In this document: positions 44,787 to 54,993 of the stretch, one piece after another
Numbering within the stretch: position 1 is the first letter of the stretch
Layout: every line of letters begins with the position of its first letter
NCBI GenBank assembly: GCA_963772145.1
Contig: CAVYVY010000011.1
Coordinates: 67,607-131,606 of the forward strand
Reading direction: 5' to 3'
Length of the DNA: 64,000 nucleotides
Source: an uncultured bacterium
GTDB taxonomy: Bacteria; Krumholzibacteriota; Krumholzibacteriia; LZORAL124-64-63
Made by a program: the position numbers and the translations under genes
The notes under the pieces: generated by a model
Database searches by the model: none
Told to the model about the DNA's origin: nothing
Seen by the model: only the letters and a program-made list of their open reading frames with translations

Positions 44787-46182
44787 CTAGTGCGCCCCTC
44801 CCCGCCGCGGCTTGACGTTCCACAGTCTGGCCATGACCAGCGCGCCGATGATGGCGAAGGGGATCGGCCACAGCTTCCACACCTGCCAGCCGTACTTCGT
44901 GGTGATCTGCCCGACGAGCAGGCCGGTGAACGGGGCGGCGAAGAAGTACTGCATGCCGTCGAAGAGGCCGGCCGCGGTGGCGGCGCCGCGCTTGCCGCCG
45001 AAGTCCATCGAGGCGGCGCCGCCGATCAGGCCGTGCGCGCCGTTGACGAAGAACGACAGCAGCGAGATCGCGGCGAAGGCGCCCCAGCCGCCGAGCCCCA
45101 TGCGCGTCCGACAGGTAGAAGAGGCCGAGGCAGACGGCCATGCCCGCGAAGCCGATCACCACGACCGGCGCGCGCCGCGCGTCGAACACCCGATCGGACA
45201 TCGGCCCGAGCACGAAGCCGCCGAGGATGCCGAACACCGCGATGCCCCAGGCGGTGAACTGGTAGATCAGGTCGGTCCGGCCGACGTGGTGGACCTCCAT
45301 GAAGTAGATCGGCCACCAGGCGTCGACGATGCTGCGGCGCACGAAGCCGATCATCACCGAGGCGATGGCGATCATCCACATCACGCGGCTGGTGAAGATC
45401 TTCCGGGCCACCTCGCCCACGGTGACCTTGCGGTCCGGCTCGCCGCTGCCGGCGTCGCCGGTGTCGAAGGCCGCGTAGCCCGCCTCCTCCGGCTTGTCGA
45501 CCACGAACAGCAGCGTCAGCACGGCGAACACCGCCACCATGATGGCCGGCATCCAGAAGGCCCACTACCAGGGCAGCACCGAGGCGATGAACGGCACGCC
45601 GGAGAAGGCGAAGATCAGGCCGAGGCGGATCAGCACGCCGAAGATGGCGCCGAAGGTGCCGCGCTCGCTGATGTGGAACCACTGGGCGTTGATCTTGACG
45701 ATCGACAGCGCGCCGAACGACTGGAAGTAGGCGTTGATCGCCCAGACGCCCGACATGACGTAGGCCATCTGCCGCGCGGTGAGCCCGCCCGCGAACACCG
45801 CCGGCGTCGTGATGACGCGCGCGGCCCCCTCGCCGGCGATGACCGGCGCCTGCAGGATCAGGCGATGGCTCGCGCCGAAGACCACGTTCATCACGACCAC
45901 GCCGCAGGCGCCGATCAGGAACGCCTTGCGCCCGCCGATCCGGTCGGCGATCGCCGCGTTGACCAGCACCGAGATGCCGTAGAGGAACGGCATCGCCGTC
46001 TCGAGGAACGACAGGTCGACCTTCGTCCAGCCGAAGACATTCATCAGCTGCGGCGACAGCGCGGTGAAGTTGTACCGGGACATGTAGAAGAACGAGTAGA
46101 GCAGGCCGATGATCATCCAGTTCTGCGTGCGGCGGGCCGGGTAACCGGCGGGCATCGCCGGCGCGATCGCGGTTGCGGCCAT
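44787..46182 (-). CDS. MFS transporter (organophosphate:Pi antiporter-like), disrupted by an in-frame TAG (45565..45567) and a +1 insertion near 45102
   Basis: The pieces are MAATAIAPA...WMIIGLLYSFFYMSRYNFTAL...SVLPW * WAFWMPAIMVAVFAV...GLFYLSDA | MGLGGWGAFAAISLLSFFVNGAHGLIGGAASMDFGGKRGAATAAG... It has 12-TM-like hydrophobicity. Confidence 0.65.
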
Positions 46183-46311
46183 CGGAGCCTCCGGGGCTGG
46201 GGTCGGGCGGCGCCGCAGGACGCGGCAAGGGAAGCGGGATTGTAGCGCATTGGCGACACGCGGGCCAGCGCGGCGTGCGGTCGACGCCCCTGAATGGCGG
46301 ACCCGGAGGGC

Positions 46312-47022
46312 CTACTCTCCCACCGCCACCCGCAGCGCCACGCGGATCATGCCGTCGAAGCTGGTGCGCCGCTCCTCGGGCGAGAGGTGCTCGTCGCGGC
46401 GGATGTGGTCGGAGACGGTGAGGATGGCGAGAGCGCGGACCCCCTCGCCGGCCGCCACGCCGTAGAGGCCGGCCGCCTCCATCTCGACGCCGAGGATGCC
46501 GTACGCCTCGAGCAGATCGAAGAGCGAGGCGTCCGGCGGATAGAAGAAGTCCGACGAGAAGACGTTGCCCACCCGCACCGGCACGCCCGCGGTCCGGGCC
46601 GCGGCGACGGCCCGCTCGACCAGGCCGAAGTCGGCGATCGCGGCGAGGTCGAGGTCGCGGAAACGCAGGCGGTTGACGCGGGAGTCGGTCGAGGCCCCCA
46701 GGGCGATGATCACGTCGCCGAGCTTCACGCCGGGCGCCAGCGCGCCGCAGCTGCCCACGCGCACCAGCGTCTTCACGCCGTACTCGCGCACGAGCTCCGT
46801 GGCGTAGATCGAGCACGAGGGGATGCCCATGCCGTGCGCCATCACCGAGACGGGGCGGCCCGCGAAATTCCCGGTGTAACCCCAGACGTTGCGCACGTCC
46901 GTCACCCGGCGCGCGTCCTCGAGGTAGGTCGCGGCGATGTGCTCGGCGCGCTGCGGGTCGCCCGGCATCAGAACGGACTCGGCGAAGTCGCCCGGCCGGG
47001 CGTTGATGTGCGGGGTCGGCAT
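46312..47022 (-). CDS. deoD: Purine nucleoside phosphorylase (DeoD type)
   Basis: Intact 236 aa: [24 protein letters not shown]...L........VRN..GYTG...G..VSVM.HGMGIPS.SIY..EL...YGVK..IRVGSCG and GVEMEAA.LY. Confidence 0.9.
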   Translation of the reverse strand: MPTPHINARPGDFAESVLMPGDPQRAEHIAATYLEDARRVTDVRNVWGYTGNFAGRPVSVMAHGMGIPSCSIYATELVREYGVKTLVRVGSCGALAPGVKLGDVIIALGASTDSRVNRLRFRDLDLAAIADFGLVERAVAAARTAGVPVRVGNVFSSDFFYPPDASLFDLLEAYGILGVEMEAAGLYGVAAGEGVRALAILTVSDHIRRDEHLSPEERRTSFDGMIRVALRVAVGE

Positions 47023-47078
47023 GATGGCGACAGCCTAGCACACCGTCCGCGGCCTGGCGACCACCGTCCGGCGGCCGC

Positions 47079-49660
47079 TCAGCCGAGCCGCCTCACGACC
47101 ACCAGCGTGATGTCGTCGGACGGCGGCACGCCGGCGGCGTGCCGCGCCACCGCGTCGAGGATGGCGGCGCGGATCTCCCCGGCGCCCCGCCCCGCCGTGG
47201 CCCGCAGCACCGCGTGCAGCCGCTCGTCGCCGAACAGGTTGATCCGGTCCTCGTCGTCGAGGTCCTCGTCATCGTCATCATCGTCGTCGTCCCGGTCGGC
47301 GCCGCCGACCGGCTCCCGCCCGTCCCAGGTGGCGTCGCCCCGCCTGCCGCGCGGCGCCGCGTCCGGTCTCGCCCGGCGGCAGCGGCGGCCCCTCGGCCTC
47401 GGTGATGCCGTCGGTGAACAGCACCAGCAGGTCGCCCGGCTCGAGCGTGACGGTCTGCTGGCGGTAGGTCTGGCCCTCCAGCATGCCGATCAGCAGCCCC
47501 CCCTCCTTCAGCTCCTCGAGGCGTCCGTCGGCCCGGAGCAGCAGCGGCGGGTTGTGCCCCGCGTTGGTGGCGGTGAAGGCGCCGGTGGCGCTGTCGAGCG
47601 CGCCGTAGAAGAACGTGGCGAAGCGTCCGATGTCGGTGGAGCGGGTCAGCAGATCGTTCATGTGCGCGACGACAGACGACACCTCCGCGAGGTGGATGAC
47701 CTGCCCCTGCAACAGCGCCTGCAGGTTGGCCATCAGGAGCGCCGCCGGGATCCCCTTGCCGGAGACGTCGGCGATCGCCACGCCGAGCCGTCCGTCGGGC
47801 AGGTCGAGGAAGTCGAAGTAGTCGCCCCCGACCTGGAGACTCGGCACGCTGACGCCGGTGATCTCCCAGCCCGGCAGCTCCGGCATGTCGTGCGGCAGCA
47901 GGCGCTCCTGGATCTCGCGCGCGGTGCGCAGTTCGCGCTCGAGCCGCTCCCGCGCGACGGCCTGCTCCCGACCCGAGCTTGACCGCCTCGGTCATCTCGT
48001 TGAACGAGTCGGCCAGGTCGCCGAATTCGTCCTCGTTGGGCACCTCGATGCGGGTGTCGAGATCGCCGCGCGCGAGGCGCTGCGTGCCGTCGTGCAGCGT
48101 CCGCACCGCCGAGGTGATGCCGGTCGTGATGCGCACGCCCAGGAAGACGGCGAACGCCGACGATCAGCAGCAGCAGGATCGCCAGCGTGAAGCATGCGCG
48201 ACGAGAATCACCCGGTTGAACTCGTTGTCGCGCGAGCCGAACTCGCGCGCCAGGTCGGCCGGCGCCGCCTTGACGTGCAGCAGCGCGTTGTCGCGCACCA
48301 GGCCCGCGGGCGCGAGGCGGACGAGGTCCAGCACCGCGCCGCCGAAATTCAGCGGCCGGCGCCAGGAAGCCGCCGTCGAGTCGGGCGCGGGCCGGGGCGG
48401 TCGAGCACCCCGTTCAGGCCGCAGCGGGCGTGCGCGTGGAATCGGCGGCCAGCACGTTCCGCGTGCCCCCGCGGCTCGCTCGCTGATGATCAGCCCGCCG
48501 TCGCTGTAGATGCCGACGTCGGACGCGCGGCACCGCCGCCAGGCGATCGAGCACGCCATCGTCCACGCGGTATCCGGCCGCGGCGTCCAGACCGGCGGCG
48601 GCCGCCTCGCGGCGCAGCCTCAGCACCCAGACCTCGCGCGCCGCTGCGCAGGAAGAGACGTGCTGTCGACCGGCGCCCAGCGCTACCCGGCGTCCGGCTC
48701 GCGCCGGACATCGTCGCCGTCGACGTTCCAGGAGACATGAGGCCGCCGGCGCGCGATCGCGCGCGATCCGCGAGCGCCAGCGCGCTGTCGCCCGCGGCCG
48801 ACCCCGTGTCCGGCGTCTGCGCCGGCGTCGGCCGGCGCGCGCAGGGCGATCCAGAGCGCCGGCAGCCAGGCCGGCGCCGCCCGGCCGACGGCGACCCTCC
48901 TCGCGCGCGGCGAAGGACGTGGTGAAGAGCGCCCGCCCCGCGGCCGGGTCGCGCGCCGCCAGCTCCGCCCAGTCCCGCAGCAGGTCGCGGCCGCCGTTGA
49001 CGCGGGCGGCGCCGAGCAGGCTGAGCAGCGATCGACGATCCAGAGCACGATGACGAGCAGCAGCGGCACCAGCGCGATGAAGATGCCGCTCGTGACGAGC
49101 TTCGGCCGCAGCCGCAGGAAGTGCAGCCGCATGCCGACCACCAGGCGCGCGATGGTCAGGGGCCAGAAGAAGAGCAGGGCGCCGCGCGCGTAGCTCAGCG
49201 CCGACTGGCCGAGCGCGGCGAACCCGACCGAGCTCGCGCGGCGGGACGGAAGTTCCAGCCGGCGCCGTCGTCAGGAGGCGCCGGCAGCGCGAGGCGAACA
49301 GCGCGGCGCGCCGGCGCGAGGTGAGGTGGCGGTACGGACGGTAGCGGCGCAGGAACAGGAAGATCGCCGCCAGCGACGACGCGACGCCTGCCACCCCTGG
49401 CCCGCGGACTCCCGAACAGCGGCACGAACAGCGCGCTCGCCCGCCACCCAGATGAGCCAGAAGCGGCGCCACCTGGTGTCGAGCAGCAGCAGCCGGACCG
49501 CCGCCACCCAGGCGGCGAGCGCCGGCAGCGGCGGCCAGCCAGACGCCGACGGCAGTGCTCGGTGCCGACCGTGCGCGCGACCAGCAGAAACGCCAGCGCC
49601 GCAGCCGCCGCGCCGCCGCAGGGCGAGCCGCCAGACCGGATCGTTCAGCGGGGAGACGCA
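47079..49660 (-). CDS. Membrane-bound HAMP plus PP2C/SpoIIE-type phosphatase; heavily fragmented, 5' end uncertain
   Basis: PP2C core in track ORF 47278..47886 (VGGDYFDF...GVAIADVSGKGIPAALLMA...TFFYG...NAGHNPPLL...LVLFTDGITEA). HAMP in ORF 47093..48136 (ITSAVRTLHDGTQRLARGDLDTRIEVPNEDEFGDLADSFNEMTEAV). C-terminus ...PPSDDITLVVVRRLG* by hand translation, with the stop at 47079. TM-like pieces (KLVTSGIFIALVPLLLVIVLWIV; WPPLPALAAWVAAVRLLLL) lie in different frames upstream. Confidence 0.5.
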
Positions 49661-49743
49661 CGGACCCGCGCCGGTGCCGCCGGCGACGGCCGGAACCGGG
49701 GCGCGCCGGCGCCGGGCGGCGGCAGCCTGCGCAGCGGCAGACC

Positions 49744-50433
49744 TCACCGGACCCCGTGCTCCCGCTTGTACCGCACCCAGTTCGCCTTCAGGTCGTTGAA
49801 CGCGTCCAGATCGGCGCAGAGCAGGAACGGATTGTGCGCGCGCTCGTACCCGAGCGTGGAGAACGGCCGCTCCCCCTCGCCCCCCCAGTAGTCGTGTCCC
49901 GGCAGGACGATCGTGTCGTCCGGCAGTGTCAGCAGGCGCTGCAGCGAGGTCCACTCGGCTGCGGCCGACGAGCCCGGAAACGCCTTCCCGGTGCCACCCA
50001 CCTTGCCACAGAACAGCAGGTCGCCCGTGAACAGTCGGCCGTCGCCGAGAAAGCAGAAATGTCCCGGCGTATGGCCCGGCGTGTGGAAGGCGAGCAGGCG
50101 TTGCGCGCCGAGCGCGAACACCTCGCCTTCCTCCACCGGCTGCGCCCCGGCCACCCGCTCCTGCGGGCCGGCGTGGACGGGCGCCCCGGTCGCCGCCGCC
50201 AGCGCCGCCGCCCCGCCCACGTGGTCGCCGTGGCCATGCGTGACCAGCAGGTGCCGCAGCCGGATCCCCCGCTCCATGGCGATCGCCGCCAGACGCTCCG
50301 GGGCAAAACCGGGATCTATGGCCACCCCCTCGCCGCTGGTCCGATCGGCGAACAGGTAGCAGAAATTGCGATCGCCCCCGAGGTGGATCTGCAGGCAGTG
50401 CAGTCCGGCGTCGGAGTGGTCGTGGACGATCAT
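49744..50433 (-). CDS. MBL-fold metallo-hydrolase (glyoxalase II-like)
   Basis: From ATG 50433: NFCYLF...AIDPG, the HxHxDH motif in LLVTHGHGDHVGG, then TPGHTPGH and VLPGHDY. Confidence 0.8.
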   Translation of the reverse strand: MIVHDHSDAGLHCLQIHLGGDRNFCYLFADRTSGEGVAIDPGFAPERLAAIAMERGIRLRHLLVTHGHGDHVGGAAALAAATGAPVHAGPQERVAGAQPVEEGEVFALGAQRLLAFHTPGHTPGHFCFLGDGRLFTGDLLFCGKVGGTGKAFPGSSAAAEWTSLQRLLTLPDDTIVLPGHDYWGGEGERPFSTLGYERAHNPFLLCADLDAFNDLKANWVRYKREHGVR

Positions 50434-50459
50434 CGCCGCTCCTTGCGTCGTGACGGGAG

Positions 50460-51659
50460 CTACAGCCCCGTGAGCAGGCTCACCGAGAGGGCGATCCACC
50501 GGTCCCGCCCCACCGCTTTGAAATCGCTGTCGGCGCCGAACGGCTCGAAGCTCGAGCGGGCATACTCCTCCAGGCGCAGCTGGAAGTCGAGCAACCGCTC
50601 CTTCTTCTCCTTGCCGGAGGCCGGCAGGGCGAGCTGCAGCCCCACTCTCGCCGAGCCTCCCCAGTCCTGCAATTCGAGCACGATCGTGCCGCCGTACAGG
50701 TAGCCGTCGGAGCCGAGAAACTGCTCGCCCCCCCAGCGCAGCGACCGCATGTAGTACCCGCCGCCGAGACCGAAGTAGGCGTGGGCCCGACGCGACACCG
50801 GCGCGCGCGCGAGCAGCCCCATCTCCAGGGCGTAGAGGGCGCTGCGTCCGTTCTCCGACACCGCCTCGAAGTCATCCTGGATGTCGCCGAACCCATACAC
50901 GAACGCGGCGTACGGCTGGAACGTGCGCCCGATCCGGTGCGTCACCGCGACCTCGATCTGCCCCATGTCGGTGAAGAACCGGTTGAAATCGGACCCGCAG
51001 TGGCGATAGCCAAGCCCGGCCGTCACCAGCCAGCGCGCTACGACCGGCGCCGTCGCGCCGGGCGGGACGATCCCCAGCCCCGGGGGTGAGGGACGCGACG
51101 CCGGCAACGGCACCTCCGGCCAGACCCGCGGACGCGCAAACAGGGCGGGCGCGGGCGCCGGCGCGGCAAGCGAGTCGGCGGCCACCGTCAGACTGTCGCC
51201 ACCGGCGGGCGCCGCGCCGGCCGGCGGGACGGCTGTCGTGTCGACCACAGCGACCGCCACGGCCGGAGTCGCCGTTGCCGCCGGAGCCTCGAGCAGCCGC
51301 GTCACCCGCTCCCGCCACTCACGCAGCATGGCGGTCGGCACGTTGCGCTCGCGGGTGACCGGTCCCGCGGGAGTGTCGAGGGTGAGCCGGGCCAGATAGC
51401 CGCCCCACAGCGCCGGCAGCAGCACCGCCGTCCGCAGCCCCGGTTCGTCTGCGAACAGGCCGAAGCGGGCCGCCTCCCGGGCGTCGAGCGTGTCGCCGAT
51501 GGCCGAATGGATCGCGATCGGCGCGTCGCTCTCCGCCCGGCCGACCGCCGCGCCAACCGCCAGCGCGGCGAACAGCGCCGCGACACCGGCCACAACGGCG
51601 CCCGGACCCGAAACGGCCCGGCGGCGGACTGGGCGACTGCGTGCTCCAGAGCGACTCAT
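50460..51659 (-). CDS. Hypothetical secreted protein with a beta-barrel-like C-terminal half
   Basis: The N-terminus has a basic region and then AVVAGVAALFAALAVGAAVGRA. The C-terminal ~190 aa show an alternating pattern with aromatic-rich strands, ending ...WIALSVSLLTGL. No family recognised. Confidence 0.4.
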   Translation of the reverse strand: MSRSGARSRPVRRRAVSGPGAVVAGVAALFAALAVGAAVGRAESDAPIAIHSAIGDTLDAREAARFGLFADEPGLRTAVLLPALWGGYLARLTLDTPAGPVTRERNVPTAMLREWRERVTRLLEAPAATATPAVAVAVVDTTAVPPAGAAPAGGDSLTVAADSLAAPAPAPALFARPRVWPEVPLPASRPSPPGLGIVPPGATAPVVARWLVTAGLGYRHCGSDFNRFFTDMGQIEVAVTHRIGRTFQPYAAFVYGFGDIQDDFEAVSENGRSALYALEMGLLARAPVSRRAHAYFGLGGGYYMRSLRWGGEQFLGSDGYLYGGTIVLELQDWGGSARVGLQLALPASGKEKKERLLDFQLRLEEYARSSFEPFGADSDFKAVGRDRWIALSVSLLTGL

Positions 51660-51743
51660 GCCGGCAATATAAGGCACCTCGCGCGCGGGGTCACCCGGCG
51701 AACTGCGTCGTTCCCGGCGCCAGGCGCCGCGCCCGCCCCGTCG

Positions 51744-54038
51744 CTAGCGCGCCAGCGTCAGCTTGATCGAGCGCACGCCGGCTGCGGTTTCGATCCTGGC
51801 CACGTACACCCCGGACGGAACCTCCCCGCCCCGGTCGTTGCGCCCGTTCCAGTCCACGGTCTGTTCGCCTGCCGGCAGATCCGCGTCCACGAGCGTCGCC
51901 ACGCGCGCGCCCCGCAGATCGTAGATCGCCAGATTCACCCGGCCCGCCTGCGTCAGGCCGTAAGCGATCGTCGTGTGCGGATTGAACGGGTTGGGGTGGT
52001 TCTGCGACAGCGACAGCGCCGTCGGGATCTTCGCCGCGGCCAGTTGCGCCGGACCGTACCAGCTTTCCGTCCCGTCGGTCGCCAGCTCCTGCAGCCAGTA
52101 CTCGACCTGCCCGGCCGGAGGCGCGGGGTCGGTGAAAGCGTAGGCGCTCCGGCCGCTCAGGAGCGCCGCGCTGACGCGCACCCGGGCGCGCGCCGGTTCC
52201 TGCCGCCAGAGTTGGAACCCGAGGTGCGCGAGAGGCTCGGAAACGGCCCAGCGGATGACGGCCGTCTGCCCGCGCCGCTCGGCAGAGAACTGCGCCAGCC
52301 GGACCGCCAGCGGACCGCTCCGCCGGATGCCGAGGCTTTGGCCGTAGTCCGCCGCCACGGCCACGAATTCCGCGTTCGGGGCCGGCACCACGCTCTGGCC
52401 GAATTCGTTGCGGCCCCAGGCCACGATCGAGCCGTCGCCCTTCAGGCCCACGCTGTGGCTGCGACCGGCCGCCACGGCCACGAAGCCGGCGTTGGGGACC
52501 GGCACGTCGCATTCGCCGTAGTCGTTCTGCCCCCAGGCCACGATCGTGCCGTCGGATTGCAGCCCCAGATTGTGGTACCAGCCTGTGGCCACGGCCACGT
52601 AGCCGCCGTTGGGCTCCGGCACATCGCACTCGCCGTGGGCATTGTCACCCCACGCCACGATCGTACTGTCGGCCCTGAGTCCGACGCTGTGGCTGATGCC
52701 CCCGGCCACGGCCACGAAGCCGCTGTTCGGGGCCGGCACCAGGCACTGCCCGTCCGCATTGCTGCCCCAGGCGACCACGACTCCGGCTTCCTTCACGCCG
52801 AGGCTGTGATTCACTCCCGCCGCCACGCTCACGAAGCCGCTGTTGGGCAGCGGCACGTTGCACTGTCCCGAGATGTTCTCTCCCCAGGCCAGCACCGAGC
52901 TGTCGCTCCTGAGGCAAAGACTGTGGGCGTAGCCCGCCGCCACGGCGACGAAGCCCGCGTTCGGCTGCGGCACCGTGGCCTGGCCGTAGTTGCTATAGCC
53001 CCAGGCCACCAGCGAGCCGTCCCGCTTGAGGGCCAGGGCGAACTGGTACCCGCCCGCCAGGGCCGCGAACCGCGGGTCCGACGACGGCGTCACGCGCTGC
53101 GCGTGGTAGTTGTCGCCCCAGCCGACGAGCGTGCCATCGGCCTTCAGGCCGAGACTCTGGAGGTCACCCGCGGCCAGCGCCGTGAAGCCGGCGTTCGGCG
53201 CCGGCACCGCGTTCTCGCCCTCGAAGTTCCTGCCCCAGCCAACGATCGAGCCGTCCGACTTCAGCCCCAGGCTGTGATCGCCGCCCGCCGCCACGGCCGA
53301 GAACCCGGCGTTGGGGGCCGGCACGGTGCACTGGCCGTTGGCGTTGAACCCCCACGCCACGACCGTGCCGTCGGCCTTCAGGCCGAGAGAGTGGTTGTTG
53401 CCGCCGGCCAGGGCCGTGAAGTCGGCGTTCGGCGCCGGCACCGTGCACTGGCCGTAGTAGTTGAAGCCCCAGGCCACGATGGTGCCGTCGCTCTTCAGGC
53501 CGAGACTGTGGTTCCGCCCGGCCGCCACGGCCACGAAGCCGCTGTTCGGCGCCGGCACGGTGCACTGTCCGGAGTCGTTGTTGCCCCACGCGGCGATCGA
53601 GCCGTCGCTCCGCAGGCCGAGGCCGTGGTACCAGCCCGCGGCCACGGCGGTGAAACCGCTGTTCGGCGCCGACACGCTGCACTGGCCGTAGCTGTTGTCG
53701 CCCCACCCCACGATGGCGCCGCCGGTCCCGAGGCCGAGGCTGAACCGGTAGCCCGCCGCCGTCGCCGTGAAACCGGCGTTCGGCTCCGGCACCGTGCACT
53801 GGCCGTAGAAATTCCCGCCCCACGCCACGATGGCGCCGTCCGTCCCCACCCCCAGGCTGTGGTAGGTGCCGCCGGCCACTGCGGTCAGCGGCGGGATCAC
53901 GGCGGGCACGATCACGTTCGGAACGCCCCAGCCGACGATGACGTCGCCGGCGCGGGCGATGCCGCCGGTCAGCGGAGCGATGATCAGTGTGAACGAGGCC
54001 AGGACAAAGCAGGCGAAGGTGCGGACGGCGTGCAACAA
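51744..54038 (-). CDS. Secreted RCC1-like repeat protein (14 repeats) with NPFNPHT C-terminal domain
   Basis: Intact 764-aa ORF (TTG start). Repeat unit AWG.N.YGQC.VP.PN.GF.AVAAG..HSLGL..DG.IV. C-terminus LSQNHPNPFNPHTTIAYGL...IYDLRGARVATLV...WNGRNDRGGEVPSGVYVARI...IKLTLAR. Confidence 0.85.
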   Translation of the reverse strand: MLHAVRTFACFVLASFTLIIAPLTGGIARAGDVIVGWGVPNVIVPAVIPPLTAVAGGTYHSLGVGTDGAIVAWGGNFYGQCTVPEPNAGFTATAAGYRFSLGLGTGGAIVGWGDNSYGQCSVSAPNSGFTAVAAGWYHGLGLRSDGSIAAWGNNDSGQCTVPAPNSGFVAVAAGRNHSLGLKSDGTIVAWGFNYYGQCTVPAPNADFTALAGGNNHSLGLKADGTVVAWGFNANGQCTVPAPNAGFSAVAAGGDHSLGLKSDGSIVGWGRNFEGENAVPAPNAGFTALAAGDLQSLGLKADGTLVGWGDNYHAQRVTPSSDPRFAALAGGYQFALALKRDGSLVAWGYSNYGQATVPQPNAGFVAVAAGYAHSLCLRSDSSVLAWGENISGQCNVPLPNSGFVSVAAGVNHSLGVKEAGVVVAWGSNADGQCLVPAPNSGFVAVAGGISHSVGLRADSTIVAWGDNAHGECDVPEPNGGYVAVATGWYHNLGLQSDGTIVAWGQNDYGECDVPVPNAGFVAVAAGRSHSVGLKGDGSIVAWGRNEFGQSVVPAPNAEFVAVAADYGQSLGIRRSGPLAVRLAQFSAERRGQTAVIRWAVSEPLAHLGFQLWRQEPARARVRVSAALLSGRSAYAFTDPAPPAGQVEYWLQELATDGTESWYGPAQLAAAKIPTALSLSQNHPNPFNPHTTIAYGLTQAGRVNLAIYDLRGARVATLVDADLPAGEQTVDWNGRNDRGGEVPSGVYVARIETAAGVRSIKLTLAR
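52374..53936 (-). repeat. Fourteen tandem ~111-nt (37-aa) RCC1-like coding repeats
   Basis: I counted 14 occurrences of the (A/G)WG.N motif at regular ~37-aa spacing in the translation of 51744..54038. The boundaries are approximate. Confidence 0.7.
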
Positions 54039-54240
54039 GGCGGACCCTCCCCAATGATGAAGACGATGGCGAGCTTCAGCATCGGCGAGGTGCGCGCACC
54101 GTAGCAGAGCCGTGACGCGCCGACAACACCCGGCCTCGCCGCGGATGCCGCGCGGCGGCCGCGCGCCCCGCCTTGCCCCCGGCCCCGCCGTCGGCTACCC
54201 TCCCGGGGCGCCGGGCCGCGGTGGCCGGCGGGGAGGCGAC

Positions 54241-54843
54241 ATGACGACAGCGGGCGGCGGACTGACGGACATCTGGCCGGACGGGGCGGAACTGGCGGCG
54301 CTCTGCGACACAATCGTGGCGACGTGGCTGGCGCGCGCGGCGACCCTGCCCGCCTGGGAGGCGACCGAACACGCCTTCCCACCGACGGGCGCCGGCTGGC
54401 GTCCGCACGCGGCCCGCCTCCAGGTCATCAACGCGTTCCAGTGGCGGGAAGAGGACCTCAGCCGCGATCCGGCGGCCGACGACGCGGCGCTGGCGGCGGT
54501 CAAGCGCTCGATCGACGCCTCCAACGGGCGGCGGGTGCGCGCCGTGGAAGCGCTCGACGTTCAGGTAATCGACGGGCTGGAGCGGGCCGGGCTGCTTGAT
54601 CCGGCCGCGCCGCTCGCCAGCGAGTCGCCCGGCAGCATCGTCGACCGCCTCACCGTGCTCGCGCTCAAGCGCCGCCACGCGCGGGACCGCGACCGCCTCG
54701 CCCTGCTCGACGAGCAATGGCACGACCTGCTCGGCTGCCTCGACCGGCTCGGCGCCGATGTCGCGGCCGGCCGCGCCCGCGTGAAGCTCTACCGTCAGGT
54801 CAAGCTGTACGGCGCGCCGGAGGTCACTCCTCCAGCGTGCTGA
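54241..54843 (+). CDS. DUF4254-like protein
   Basis: From ATG 54241: LQVINAFQWREEDLSRDPAADDAALAAVKRSIDASNGRRVRAVEALD matches the conserved core of DUF4254 as I recall it. Confidence 0.5.
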   Translation: MTTAGGGLTDIWPDGAELAALCDTIVATWLARAATLPAWEATEHAFPPTGAGWRPHAARLQVINAFQWREEDLSRDPAADDAALAAVKRSIDASNGRRVRAVEALDVQVIDGLERAGLLDPAAPLASESPGSIVDRLTVLALKRRHARDRDRLALLDEQWHDLLGCLDRLGADVAAGRARVKLYRQVKLYGAPEVTPPAC

Positions 54844-54993
54844 CGTTGCCGCATAGTTCGTCCGGCACGCCCCCCGCCCCGCCCCCTTTCGTCGCGCAAC
54901 CCGGCCCTGGCGCTTGTTGCGAACCACCGTTGGGGGCATACTGGCCCGGCCCGGCCGAACCGCCCCGTCCTCTTCACGGTGGAGGCATCGATC

